DNA from: Prevotella sp.
GTDB lineage: Bacteria > Bacteroidota > Bacteroidia > Bacteroidales > Bacteroidaceae
Length of the DNA stretch: 51,732 nucleotides
Assembly: GCA_022735715.1 (NCBI GenBank)
Contig: JAIJMN010000001.1
Span: 1 to 51,732 of the forward strand
Direction of reading: 5' to 3'
Shown here: positions 35,325 through 45,645 of the stretch, piece by piece
Position numbering within the stretch: the first letter of the stretch is position 1
How the letters are laid out: each line of letters begins with the position of its first letter
Notes under the pieces: model-generated
Seen by the model: the letters and a program-made list of their open reading frames with translations, nothing else
Told to the model about the DNA's origin: nothing
The model's database searches: none
Program-made: the position numbers and the translations under genes

Positions 35325-36218
35325 TTACAAACCGTTGACCTCCGCATATATTCCCTGGAGATCGTTAGGGATGATAATGCGTAGAGAAGTTATCTCTTTG
35401 ATTTCCTGCTGTTGCCACTCAACGAACATTGTCTGTAATCTCGACATTTCAGTATCGAAAATATTTATCTTTTCTTGATGCTCTGCATATTTTTTCTTGT
35501 ATTCAGCCAATCGCTTGCTGTACTCTTTTTCGGCTTCCATGCGGAAACGATGCTCAATGCCATTAAACTCAGCTTGCAATGCCCGATATTCGCCCTGAAG
35601 CTGGAAAAAGATTGTATTCAGTCGGTCAATGGTATTAGGTTCAACATTATAAGAGAACACAACCATATCACGGCCTTCTCCCTCTATCTCTGTAGGATTA
35701 GCCAGACGGTATGACACTTTCTTTAATGCCAGAGGCAATAGCCCGTCGGGATGAATATACTTACCATATACCGCCATCTTGGTTTTCAACTCAATATAGC
35801 GGTTGCGATCCTTTACATTCAAAATCTCATTGCCCACCTTATCAATATCGGAGACCGGATCAGGAACCACTGGCTTTTCAGGAAGAGTAATATTGTGTTC
35901 GTCAGCCCACACCATGAAGTTGCAGTCTTGCACGGCCTTCAAACCTTTCTCGCGTTCGTTGATAGCCTCACGCAGCCAACCGATAAGGGCATTACACTGA
36001 GCTACACGACGTATAACATAGGGAATAGCATCAAGAGTATCAAGAGGAGCTTCCACAATCGATGGCTGTGCATCGCCAAGCAGACGTGCGCTCTTGCAAT
36101 AAAGACGCAAGGTGTCAGCCTGCGCCGATATTCGCTGCGCATACTCCTTGGCCATGTTTGCAACATGATTTGCAGATGTGGCTGTCAAGCCTTCTTTTGC
36201 AAAAAATACTTTATTCAT
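35325..36218 (-). CDS. Coiled-coil hypothetical protein
   Basis: 297 aa, GLTATSANHVANMAKE; directly upstream of the ncRNA. Confidence 0.8.
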   Translation of the reverse strand: MNKVFFAKEGLTATSANHVANMAKEYAQRISAQADTLRLYCKSARLLGDAQPSIVEAPLDTLDAIPYVIRRVAQCNALIGWLREAINEREKGLKAVQDCNFMVWADEHNITLPEKPVVPDPVSDIDKVGNEILNVKDRNRYIELKTKMAVYGKYIHPDGLLPLALKKVSYRLANPTEIEGEGRDMVVFSYNVEPNTIDRLNTIFFQLQGEYRALQAEFNGIEHRFRMEAEKEYSKRLAEYKKKYAEHQEKINIFDTEMSRLQTMFVEWQQQEIKEITSLRIIIPNDLQGIYAEVNGL

Positions 36219-36257
36219 ATATATCGTTTTTTATTGGATTTTTGACATTAAAAAATC

Positions 36258-36298
36258 AGTGAATAACAAGTGAATATGAAGTGAATACGCAGTGAAGG
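36258..36298. repeat. Four AGTGAA(TA) units at 11-bp period
   Basis: Units at 36258, 36269, 36280, 36291. Confidence 0.8.
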
Positions 36299-36302
36299 TG
36301 TT

Positions 36303-37373
36303 TTAGCCTTTCAACTCACTCCAAACTCGCCTGCAAATATGCCTATATGTTTCCATTCCAAGCTCTGTTTTGCAGGCATGAATTAGGTAGTTATACGTCA
36401 CGGTCTTACTACTGCCTAACTGGGTCCATTTAACGTTTGTCTGACCTTCGTTATATTTCTGACTACATCGTGAGAGTTGATGAAACAAATCAAGACCGTA
36501 GGGATGCGAGCGCAATGCCCAACCTACCTTGGTCCACTCCTCATAACTCTCGGTGATATTTTTATGATTGGCTACCAACTCCAGCACAATAACCTCTATC
36601 AAGCGGTCTTGCACTCGCTGTTGTTCCCAAAACTGCGCTCCACCTTCATCATTGTAAGTAACCCCAACTTCAGAGCGATACAATTGTCTGACTGCTTGCG
36701 GCATGATCTGAGGCATATACTCAGCCAATCCTCGATACGGCACCACCCGCTCGTTTATATAGATATGTTCAGGATCATCCCATGACGCAAAGCGCACACG
36801 ACCTATATTGCTGCAAGCCTTGTCGAGCGTAATGCCCATTGCGGCGTATTCTTGCAAAAGAGCTTTGAACTGCGCCTTATGTCGGTCGGGATAAGCCAAG
36901 CGCACCAAGCCAAAATATCCGCTACCCGAGCATGACCGCATGAGCAGACCTATTTCTGGTCGGAACTGACAAACCATGCGGATGTTGTCGAAGTTGCTCA
37001 GCTGGGTATTGTCTGCCAAGTCGATGTCGATGGCGAGCCAGCCAGTATGTTGCTTTAGGTGGGTCTCCCGACGGCTCACCATTACCCGCTGCCCTGGATG
37101 TGTTAAGCTGTCGTCCTCATAGAGGGCGAACAAGCCGCTAAGAGTGGCACCAGGCAAATGCTTCTTTGTGTCGATGTAATCCTGCATCTTCTTCGCCTTA
37201 CTGCCAAACTCTTTGCGCATAGCGCGAAGGTGCTGCACATAGGGCTTCCATCTATCCGTAAGACAGAACTCGCGGATGGTCATCTGCTGGATGCACTCAC
37301 CCGTTTCATAATCAACAAAGCGGCCCTCGGCATCGGTAGCTTCTTTATATACTGAGCATATCTCGTCGAACAT
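36303..37373 (-). CDS. BT4734/VirE-N-like primase-polymerase domain plus PriCT-2
   Basis: KKHLPGATLSGLF, HTGWLAIDID, SCSGSG, DKACSNIGRVRFASWD; C-terminal YEEWTKVGWAL...LFHQLS...KW. Confidence 0.8.
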   Translation of the reverse strand: MFDEICSVYKEATDAEGRFVDYETGECIQQMTIREFCLTDRWKPYVQHLRAMRKEFGSKAKKMQDYIDTKKHLPGATLSGLFALYEDDSLTHPGQRVMVSRRETHLKQHTGWLAIDIDLADNTQLSNFDNIRMVCQFRPEIGLLMRSCSGSGYFGLVRLAYPDRHKAQFKALLQEYAAMGITLDKACSNIGRVRFASWDDPEHIYINERVVPYRGLAEYMPQIMPQAVRQLYRSEVGVTYNDEGGAQFWEQQRVQDRLIEVIVLELVANHKNITESYEEWTKVGWALRSHPYGLDLFHQLSRCSQKYNEGQTNVKWTQLGSSKTVTYNYLIHACKTELGMETYRHICRRVWSELKG

Positions 37374-37379
37374 ATATTA

Positions 37380-38060
37380 TAAGTAAAAGATAACTGGGTT
37401 ACTATAACGATTGCAAATTTAATAATTAAAATTGAAATAAACAATAGCTCGGATATGTTTTTTCGTATGTTACCTATGTTTAGACTTTTAAAACTTCAAA
37501 AGTCCAGTTTTTAGTTTTCGAGTCCATTTTTTCAGAAAATGTCAAAAAATGAAAAGTTCGTAATTTTGAAAAACACTTCTGCTGTCCACCCAAAATCCAC
37601 CTCGTGACCCCACAATGAATTTTTCAAAAAGTAATTTAACTTTCTGATTTTCTGCTATTTATCTATTAAAAGTTTAAAAATGGGGTAATTTTTTATATAC
37701 TTACATGAGCGCAAAGAACAAAAAATATATAAAGAATAGTAGAATTAGGGCATTATATAGCGTTTTCTCGCTCTTAGCTGCCTTTCCTTATATCCTATAA
37801 CTTATTGAATGTCAATGTTTACGCCATAGGCGTTAATGCTACTAACTATATTGTTAGAGTTCGGGAGTTTTGAAAATAGGGAAGAAAGAAAATTGGCGAA
37901 ATTTATATAAGGTAGTAGCCTTAATTAGTAGATTTTTGGACTTTTGGGGAGTAGACTTCAGATAAAGTCCATGATTATTAGGTAGTTACGAAATTTCGAG
38001 ATTTTGGACTTTTGGGGACAGAAGTTTATTCTTTATATGATAGAAAACAATAGAAGAATG
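37380..38060. other. AT-rich non-coding region, candidate replication origin/control region
   Basis: No ORFs; direct repeats TTTTGGACTTTTGGGGA near 37934 and 38002, inverted AAAGTCCA copies near 37499 and 37963; adjacent to primase. Confidence 0.45.
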
Positions 38061-38064
38061 ATAG

Positions 38065-38098
38065 AAAAAGGTCGCCACGCCTAACGGCGCGACGACCT
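38065..38098 (-). terminator. Terminator after tape measure gene
   Basis: AGGTCGTCGCGCC-loop-GGCGTGGCGACCT followed by TTTT. Confidence 0.75.
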
Positions 38099-38204
38099 AA
38101 TAAATGCTTTGTTGCTTGAGAATATATGCTTTGCTACTTGAAAAGATTGCTTGCGGAAGATATGTATCGCAGTCCGCTTGACGCGGACTGCTTGTTGCGC
38201 AAGG

Positions 38205-41200
38205 TCACTTGTTCTTCATAAACTGATTAGCCTTTGTCATGCTGTCGTAGAGTTTGCCACGGCCATACATATCAATCTTGGCTTCGATAGGCTGCTCCAG
38301 ACGTTGCAGGAGCGTGTTTACGGCTTGCAGGAGCGCAATATTAGTATTGGCTTGTGCAGATACCATTTCCTCGGTTGCAGGCGATTGTGGGGCGATTGTG
38401 ACGGACGTTTCCGCAATATTGCCGTTGTCATAAGCTCGGCGACCGGAATAGTTGCGGTCATAATTGACGAGAGCCTTCAGCAGTTGCGGATTGTTCATCA
38501 TCATAGCCTGGGTGGTCTCACGTCCAATTACCAACTCGGGACCATTCTCGGCTACAAGAGACGGTTGACCGTTAATGGTAGTGGCGGTAGGTTGCGTGAG
38601 GAGCGACACACCATTGTGAGGCTTGCTGTCCTCGGTTGCCCAATAAAGGCTGCCATCGTTGCCGACAAAAGGACGGAGGTCTTGCACGTTACCGGAGTCG
38701 TAGGTGAGCATGCCGGAAACAACTTTTGTATTTGGACCTTTGGACGAATTTTTCTTCTTTCCGCTACTAAATGCAGAACTGATAGCCCATTGCAACAAGC
38801 CATTCAAGGTTGCTGTGACAACAGCAGCAGCAATAGGACCGGCAATAGGACCAAGGAAATCGAAACACTTGGCAATAGCACCTGCAAGCGAGAGATTCAT
38901 ACGTTTCTCTGTGCTGTCAGCCTCACTCTCTACAGCCTCGTTGTCAGTGTCTTTCTTCGCTGTTATCGCTGTATTCAACGCCTGCTGGGTGCCAGCGAGC
39001 ATGGCATTTTGCGCAATGAGCGTAACCTGTTTCTGTTCCTCGCTACCCTCCTTGGTCGTCTGGGCCATATTCTCCTGACCCTTATCCACAACCTTTTCCT
39101 GCGCCTCGACACCCTTCTTTTTTATATCTGCAAGGTCTTTTTGATGTTTCTTTTCATCTCGAAGTTCCTTTTTGCGATTCTTCTTATCCTTGTTGCTTTT
39201 CTTACCAATCTCGATATTAGCGTTAAGGAGCGCATTTGCACCACTCATAGCAATGCCGGCAGCCGCCTCGCCCATATCACTATTACCAGTGGCAACATCA
39301 ACGGACGCAGATCCGATTTGTCCACCAAGACCGGCTACCTCCTTATTATAATCATCAATCGTTCCGTCAGGATGGCGTTTCTGCCATGCTCTTGGTGGTT
39401 CGTTGGTTTGAGGAACACTACCGTCGGGATTTGGCAATGGTGTGCCATCCTCCTTTGTATAAACAGCATCACCAGATTTATCCTCGTAATGGTCGCCCGT
39501 CCATCGCACCCACAAAGGATTAGACTCCGTGCCGAAATTGCGCCAATCAATACCATTGAAATCGGTATAGCTGGCTTTTGCATTGGCACGGGTTGCTTCA
39601 ATCTCTGCTTGCGCATTAGATTTGCCACGCTTGGCACCAGCATCGTTGATGGCTTTCCACATTTGAGTATTGACATCGTTGACAGTCATTTTGCCCCATG
39701 ATTCAAGCATAGACTTGAGGGCAGACTTTATAGCGTCATTTGCACTCTCAACATCATAGCGCATTTCGGCAAGAGCCTGGCCTACGGCTGCGCCAAAATC
39801 CTCAATGGGCTGCACAAGTTCCTTCATCTGCGAGAGGCGCGACTTCATAGCTGTTGCCATCTGATTGGCATAGGCAAGTTCCGCCTCCTGACGAGCACGT
39901 TCGGCTTCGTCTGTAAGCTGCTTGTTCTTCATGCTACGTTCTACAAAGACGTAATAGTCTTCAGCAGCTTGCATACGCGCCTTCATCAGTTCTATATCAG
40001 GGTCGGCCGTAAGGTTGGCAAGACCGAGATTAGAAAGAAGGTTTGTGCGTTTGCCAAACATCTTGCTTTCGTTCTCCATCTTGCGCAGTTTTGCTTGCTG
40101 GGCAAGATTGCGCTTGTTGGATGACCACCAAAAATCAACTATTTTCTTTGCAGAGTCGTATTTCTTTTTTTCAGCTTCCGCATAATTGTCCGAATACTGG
40201 ATAAGGTTCTGATAAAAAGCCTTCCAGCTATCTTCGCTCTCACCCAACGATGTCTTGATACGAGCTGCCATGCCATCGGGATCATCGCCAAAGAGCATCT
40301 TCATCAACATTCCCCTACCCTTTGTAGTAGTAACATCAATCGTATAGAGCTGGGCAATATTCCGGCGAGCCGCCTCAAACATCTCTTTGATAACCTTCTT
40401 GCGCTTCTCGAAAGCCGAGTTGTCAAGGACCTCCTTACCGTCAACCATCTTTTTTGTAACGGTTGTCTCCTCCTTTGTAGGCGCGGCATAACCCATTTCA
40501 TTGAAGTTGTCATACGAGTTTTGCTGAACAATACCCGTATAGTCGTGCTCCATAGCAATCTTGCGGCGTGCCTCCATCTGCTTGAACTGCATCTTCAGAA
40601 GTTCCTGCTCGCTGCGTGTGGCTTTTGCGAAGATTTGCGCTGTGATGGAGTTCATAGACAGACCGAGGCTGTTGCCCCACTGCTCCATAAGTTTGCGCAA
40701 ATTTTCGATGTTGTTGTTCAATATGCCGTCCAGCAAATCTTTTGAAAGGTTTACACCCGTCTCGTCCGCTTGTTCAACCATATCAGCAGCCATCATCTTC
40801 TTTGCGTCTTCCCATTTGTTTTCCTTGCCAGCCACAGCAAGGCGTACCTGAGAACGGGCTATTTCTTTGTTTTGTCTCAGAGGAAGGACGAACTGCTCCT
40901 GCTCAGTCTTGTCCATATTAAGAGATATAGCTTGAGCGATTTTTGCGTTAATCTGACGGTCATAGTAATTGTCCACGTCATCCATGATAGCCTTCGCCTG
41001 ATCTTGCTTCTGCTTCAGTTTCTCACGCCAAGCACGTTCTTGGTCGCGCATGTCTTGAGCCTCCTGACGGATTGCGTCATTATCCGGAGCGTCTTTTCCG
41101 AGAGTGCCTGGATCGTCTTCGGTATAATCCGTATATCCTACAGGCACCCAGTTTTTATAAGCCTTATCAATATTAATTAACGTATTCGATCTTCTTCTTG

Positions 41201-44200
41201 TCGCATTGACATACCAACGAGAAGCAGCAAGAAAATCGACGAGATCTGTTTGGGTCTGAAAGTCTGTAGAAGGAGCAGCCTTGCGGTTTTTGTCGTAAGT
41301 GTCACGATATATATAACCTTGCTTGCCTATTTTCCAATTAAACCCATCAACCAAGCCCGTCTTCTCCTTCGGAGCCATTTTCGCCAATTTCATAAACAGA
41401 GCATCGCCACCCATTCCTGCGGTTACCCATCGGTCTATGTCCTGGAATGTGACACCAAGTTTTGTCAACCCAAACTTCTCGGCATAAGCCATCAATGCGT
41501 TGGAAGCTGCATTTCTGTTGGAATCCAACTTAGGCAATGCTTTTTGTTTCGCTTGCTCACGCATACGGTAATAAGTAGCTCTTTGAGCCTCTTGTGCCAG
41601 TTCTGAATAATGGTCTCGCAAATCCTTGACGCTCTTAATCTCGATGCCAAGTTTAGTGATATAAGAGCGGAAATCTCTGTTAAATCGTGATATAATTCCC
41701 TGACGTTCCTTTTGCGAAAGGTTTGCCTCGCTTATCATCCGCTTATAGTTTGCAAGCTTTTTGTTTAGATTACTGGTCTCCACGGCGGCTTGTCCAAGAG
41801 TTTCGCGCCATGCGTTAGCTTGTCGCTGTGCTTCCTTCTCGGCCTGTGCTGCCTCCTTTGCACGTTGTGCATATCCATATATAGCTCCTGCCACACCGAC
41901 AATGATGCTCGCAAGGGCTATCCACGGATTCAGCTTCATTGTCTTATTCAACGTGCTTTGCGCTGCGTTAGCCGTGAAGAGAGCTCTCACATATTGGAAC
42001 ATGGCCTTTCCAGCCATACCGAGTGCTGCTACATATTGATAAAGAAGTCTCAGTCCAGAATATACACCTTGCGATGCCATATATCCGATAATCACTGGAA
42101 GAAATGTTGCGATACCTTTTAGCGAAATAAGGACCATCTGCAAAGCAATCTGCAACGTACCTTTCAACAACGGACTGTTTGTCATCGTTGCCGACATCTC
42201 ATACCAAAATTCTGCCAGACTCTTTACAGCATCCACACCGTCGGGATTGACAAACGCCTTTTCCCAAAGGTTATTGGCTCTTTCAAGTATGCCGATGGCC
42301 GACTGTTGCTGCATCGAGTATTCCTTACCTACGGCAGTGGCTTCCTCGAAGGCTTCCTGCGACTCGTAAAGATGGTCTTTCAGCATATCCACGTTCTTAG
42401 CCATAGTAACCATGGAAGAAATAAGACGCTGACCGTCGCCACCTACATCCTTGAAGATTTCGCCAAGGGCGTTCATGTTGCCCTTCTCCTTCATCTTCTC
42501 AAGAATAAGGACAATAGCATCCATAGCGTTACCTGCCTGATACATACTGTTGATGGTTCCGGCAGGGATAGCAAGGTCTTTTTCTATCAAGTTATGGTTC
42601 TTCTGCAACGCCACAATAAACTTAGACATAGCGGTGGCTGCAACTTCGGGCGAAGCCATCTGCGCACTGAACGCACTACCAAGGGCGAGCAACTGGTCGG
42701 TTGTTATACCGGCGGTTCGTGCCACACCCGTACATCGCTTTGCAAACTCAGTAATGTCACTGCTCGTGGCAGTAGATGTAGAAGCCAACTTAAACATGGA
42801 AGATCCTACAGCTTCAATGGATTTCTCGAGTCCCATCTTCGGAATAAGACCCATCACTTCCGTCATCTTCAACAATGAGGGAAGGGCCTTTTCACCCATT
42901 TCCTCGCCGATTGCTACGTTAATTTTATCGGCGGCTCTTACAAATTGAGCCATACCTTCCACTCCGTACTTTCCTACGCCGAGCTTAGATGCCTCATACG
43001 CGAGCTGTGCCAGTCCATCTACGCTTGTTCTGGTGTCAATTTTAGCCAGTTCGGTGGAGAGTTGTTTTACCTGCTCCATCGTTAGACCGCTGACTTTACG
43101 GATGTCAGTCAACGAACCCGAATACTCAAAGTTTTTCTTGATGGCACCCGTCACAAGGTCTTTTATCTGATTGAATACGGAAAACAATCCTACATAAGCC
43201 GTAAGATTTTTCAACGCCGTATGCCATGCTCCGCCCTGCTTGTTTGCCGCACCCGTCACTTCGTCGATGTTCTTCTTCAGCTCCTCCATCGACTTCTGCT
43301 TGTCGGCAAATTCCTTGCTCTTGGTGTTGATTTGGTTCAGTTCCTCTTCAAGCTGTTTGTAGGCACGGCGCAGTTCGTCGAGAGAAGCCTTGCCCTGCTT
43401 GCTACGGGCGAGAATGTCGTTGAGGGCACTCTGCGACATACGGGTACCCTTGAGGGTCTGTTCGAGCATGGAGTATTGGCGACGGAGGTCGGCCACATAC
43501 TTGCTACCAGCTGGGAGCTGCTGTATCTTCTGCTGTATCACTTCCATCGTGCGCTTGATGTCTTCGCCCGAAGCCTTGTTAGGTTCAGCCAACACCTGCT
43601 TCATCTGCTTCCAGCTCATAGATGCCTTTTGCGTCTTTCCCGATACAGCCTCCAGTCGCTTCTCTATCTCCTGAAGTTCGTTGTTATAAGCCTCAATGTT
43701 TCCTGTAAACTTAGTAGGAGTAGCATCGCGTGCTTCAGTAAGCGTAGTCTTGGCACGACGCAAATCAGATGCCGAAGCGTTTTGACTGGTTACAGTCTGA
43801 TGCGCCTCTGCTTCGCTCATCTTGCCCTTACGTCTATCTTCCTCGGCTTCAAGCTGCTTCAATGTAGCAAGGTTCTGCTGATACGACGCATCCGACTTCT
43901 GCAACGAGCCTACGAGGTCGCGCTGTTGCTTGATGGCCTTGTCGAGCCATTGGTCTGACTGGTTTGCAACGTTCTTCAGTCCTTCGGCTATCTTGACATA
44001 CTGACCCTCTATAAGGCGCATTTGGTCGCCCACCTGCTTCATCTCACTTCGTATCTGCTCTGCCCTCTTTAGGTCGGCATCCGAGCCGGTAAGTTTAGCG
44101 AGAGCCGCCTTACCCGAACCCATAGCGCGGCGAAGGTCGCGGAGCTTAGTGTTGGTGAGGTCTTGCACTACCTCGCCCAGTCGCTTCGTGTCCTCGATAT

Positions 44201-44399
44201 TGTCACGCTGCACTTGCGAGAGAGCCTTTAGTGTGCTCTCTGCCTTCTTACACTCAGCCGTATTAGCCTGTCCTGCGGCAGTCATCTTCTGAATGTCGGC
44301 AGTATATTTCTGCACAAGAGCGTCAATCTCTTCCAATACCTTCTTAGCTGTAGAAGCATTGGCCGTGATTACCACTTTTGCTAATCTTTGTGTCGCCAT
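38205..44399 (-). CDS. Tail tape measure protein
   Basis: 2064 aa, helical; TP901-type core (LTDIRKVSGLT...LAKIDTRTS...ITEFAKR). Confidence 0.9.
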   Translation of the reverse strand: MATQRLAKVVITANASTAKKVLEEIDALVQKYTADIQKMTAAGQANTAECKKAESTLKALSQVQRDNIEDTKRLGEVVQDLTNTKLRDLRRAMGSGKAALAKLTGSDADLKRAEQIRSEMKQVGDQMRLIEGQYVKIAEGLKNVANQSDQWLDKAIKQQRDLVGSLQKSDASYQQNLATLKQLEAEEDRRKGKMSEAEAHQTVTSQNASASDLRRAKTTLTEARDATPTKFTGNIEAYNNELQEIEKRLEAVSGKTQKASMSWKQMKQVLAEPNKASGEDIKRTMEVIQQKIQQLPAGSKYVADLRRQYSMLEQTLKGTRMSQSALNDILARSKQGKASLDELRRAYKQLEEELNQINTKSKEFADKQKSMEELKKNIDEVTGAANKQGGAWHTALKNLTAYVGLFSVFNQIKDLVTGAIKKNFEYSGSLTDIRKVSGLTMEQVKQLSTELAKIDTRTSVDGLAQLAYEASKLGVGKYGVEGMAQFVRAADKINVAIGEEMGEKALPSLLKMTEVMGLIPKMGLEKSIEAVGSSMFKLASTSTATSSDITEFAKRCTGVARTAGITTDQLLALGSAFSAQMASPEVAATAMSKFIVALQKNHNLIEKDLAIPAGTINSMYQAGNAMDAIVLILEKMKEKGNMNALGEIFKDVGGDGQRLISSMVTMAKNVDMLKDHLYESQEAFEEATAVGKEYSMQQQSAIGILERANNLWEKAFVNPDGVDAVKSLAEFWYEMSATMTNSPLLKGTLQIALQMVLISLKGIATFLPVIIGYMASQGVYSGLRLLYQYVAALGMAGKAMFQYVRALFTANAAQSTLNKTMKLNPWIALASIIVGVAGAIYGYAQRAKEAAQAEKEAQRQANAWRETLGQAAVETSNLNKKLANYKRMISEANLSQKERQGIISRFNRDFRSYITKLGIEIKSVKDLRDHYSELAQEAQRATYYRMREQAKQKALPKLDSNRNAASNALMAYAEKFGLTKLGVTFQDIDRWVTAGMGGDALFMKLAKMAPKEKTGLVDGFNWKIGKQGYIYRDTYDKNRKAAPSTDFQTQTDLVDFLAASRWYVNATRRRSNTLINIDKAYKNWVPVGYTDYTEDDPGTLGKDAPDNDAIRQEAQDMRDQERAWREKLKQKQDQAKAIMDDVDNYYDRQINAKIAQAISLNMDKTEQEQFVLPLRQNKEIARSQVRLAVAGKENKWEDAKKMMAADMVEQADETGVNLSKDLLDGILNNNIENLRKLMEQWGNSLGLSMNSITAQIFAKATRSEQELLKMQFKQMEARRKIAMEHDYTGIVQQNSYDNFNEMGYAAPTKEETTVTKKMVDGKEVLDNSAFEKRKKVIKEMFEAARRNIAQLYTIDVTTTKGRGMLMKMLFGDDPDGMAARIKTSLGESEDSWKAFYQNLIQYSDNYAEAEKKKYDSAKKIVDFWWSSNKRNLAQQAKLRKMENESKMFGKRTNLLSNLGLANLTADPDIELMKARMQAAEDYYVFVERSMKNKQLTDEAERARQEAELAYANQMATAMKSRLSQMKELVQPIEDFGAAVGQALAEMRYDVESANDAIKSALKSMLESWGKMTVNDVNTQMWKAINDAGAKRGKSNAQAEIEATRANAKASYTDFNGIDWRNFGTESNPLWVRWTGDHYEDKSGDAVYTKEDGTPLPNPDGSVPQTNEPPRAWQKRHPDGTIDDYNKEVAGLGGQIGSASVDVATGNSDMGEAAAGIAMSGANALLNANIEIGKKSNKDKKNRKKELRDEKKHQKDLADIKKKGVEAQEKVVDKGQENMAQTTKEGSEEQKQVTLIAQNAMLAGTQQALNTAITAKKDTDNEAVESEADSTEKRMNLSLAGAIAKCFDFLGPIAGPIAAAVVTATLNGLLQWAISSAFSSGKKKNSSKGPNTKVVSGMLTYDSGNVQDLRPFVGNDGSLYWATEDSKPHNGVSLLTQPTATTINGQPSLVAENGPELVIGRETTQAMMMNNPQLLKALVNYDRNYSGRRAYDNGNIAETSVTIAPQSPATEEMVSAQANTNIALLQAVNTLLQRLEQPIEAKIDMYGRGKLYDSMTKANQFMKNK

Positions 44400-44421
44400 T
44401 GTTATTGTTGTTTTTGTGTTG

Positions 44422-44949
44422 TTAGAGTGTGATATGAATATCCGAATCCTCGAAAGCCTTAATCATCTGTGCTTCACCCTGGAATCCATAGAAGTCAACG
44501 AGATAGTTTTGCATACGCGATTGTAGGTGTCGAAGCTCCATCATAATGGCAGGACGCTGTGACCGACCGGCTCCATAGCGTTTCCAGGAACGGACGTAGC
44601 GGCGAGAGTAGTTGGCCTTTCGTGCGCTATCCACATCGTTGTACTTAGTGCCGAGACCTACACCCATATCCACGAAGCGCATATAATCGTTGTAGGCAAA
44701 TTCGTAGGTCCAGCCTTCGGGAGTGTCGTTCACAATCCTGCCTTGGAAAGAGTTTACGCCCACTCCCTCGGCGTGCCATTGTCCGCGTGCTCCACGGGCA
44801 TCGTTTATTGCCCGAAAGCCGCTGTAAATCTCCTTCGGGAAGATGCACTGCGTCTCGGTGTTTATCTTGAGCTGACGCAACACGTCGCCAAGATACCATC
44901 GTGCGGTATCCTTAAAATCAAAAGCTGGGGCTTGTATTGGCTTTGGCAT
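44422..44949 (-). CDS. Putative neck/tail completion protein
   Basis: YMRFVDMGVG motif, position before TMP. Confidence 0.5.
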   Translation of the reverse strand: MPKPIQAPAFDFKDTARWYLGDVLRQLKINTETQCIFPKEIYSGFRAINDARGARGQWHAEGVGVNSFQGRIVNDTPEGWTYEFAYNDYMRFVDMGVGLGTKYNDVDSARKANYSRRYVRSWKRYGAGRSQRPAIMMELRHLQSRMQNYLVDFYGFQGEAQMIKAFEDSDIHITL

Positions 44950-44955
44950 GACGTT

Positions 44956-45558
44956 TTACTTTTTATTATCATCCGAGTTTTCATCTTCCGGCACGATATA
45001 CTTGCCGTTGCTGCCACACGCGAAGTTGTAGAGCGGTTGCAAGCTTTTCCAGTCAAGACCCGCCACGAGCCATTGTCCGGCGTAGATGTCGCCCACCAAA
45101 CCGAAGGAGATGGAACTGGTGTCGATGCTTTGCAGCTCTGCCATCACCACGGCATCGTCGGCAAAGCTACGCTGGGTGTGGGGACAGCGGCCTGTGCGTT
45201 TCACCTCGATAAGCCAGGCTATGAGGTCCTTGCAGTAGTCGGTGAGGTCGTTGGCCGTGCGCTCTATCTTGTTGCCGTCGTAACGGCCAAGGGTCTGCGG
45301 CGTGTCTTTTACCTTGGCGAGAAACCACACCTGGTGAGAGACAGACACCTTCTTTGCGTCAACGAGTTCGCCGGTGGTCAGTACGCTGTATAGCATACAC
45401 GGTGAGTGAACGATGTTGGCGTTTCGGGAAAAGATGTTCTCAAGGTCGATGTAGCGGATGCGGAAGAAACTCTGGTCTTCGAGGCGTTCGCTTTCGGGGT
45501 TGTGAGATAGGGGCTTGTAGATGGAAGCCCAATGCTCAAGAATGTTGCTTATTGTCAT
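44956..45558 (-). CDS. Putative tail terminator-like protein
   Basis: 200 aa in the holin-neck-TMP operon; function from context only. Confidence 0.4.
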   Translation of the reverse strand: MTISNILEHWASIYKPLSHNPESERLEDQSFFRIRYIDLENIFSRNANIVHSPCMLYSVLTTGELVDAKKVSVSHQVWFLAKVKDTPQTLGRYDGNKIERTANDLTDYCKDLIAWLIEVKRTGRCPHTQRSFADDAVVMAELQSIDTSSISFGLVGDIYAGQWLVAGLDWKSLQPLYNFACGSNGKYIVPEDENSDDNKK

Positions 45559-45577
45559 AATGCTGTTTTTTAATGGT

Positions 45578-45637
45578 AAGCCTTACTGGGCCTCTCTAAG
45601 CCTTTCTAAGCCTTTATGGACCTCTTTAAGCCTTTGG
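45578..45637. repeat. Tandem 10-bp repeat array (6 units)
   Basis: aagccttact gggcctctct aagcctttct aagcctttat ggacctcttt aagcctttgg. Confidence 0.9.
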
Positions 45638-45645
45638 GAGGAACC

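Noticed and set aside
38151..39701. 516-aa plus-strand ORF and the many other plus-strand ORFs in 1-46173
   Set aside because: Antisense shadows of well-supported minus-strand genes; no recognisable motifs, promoters or leaders.
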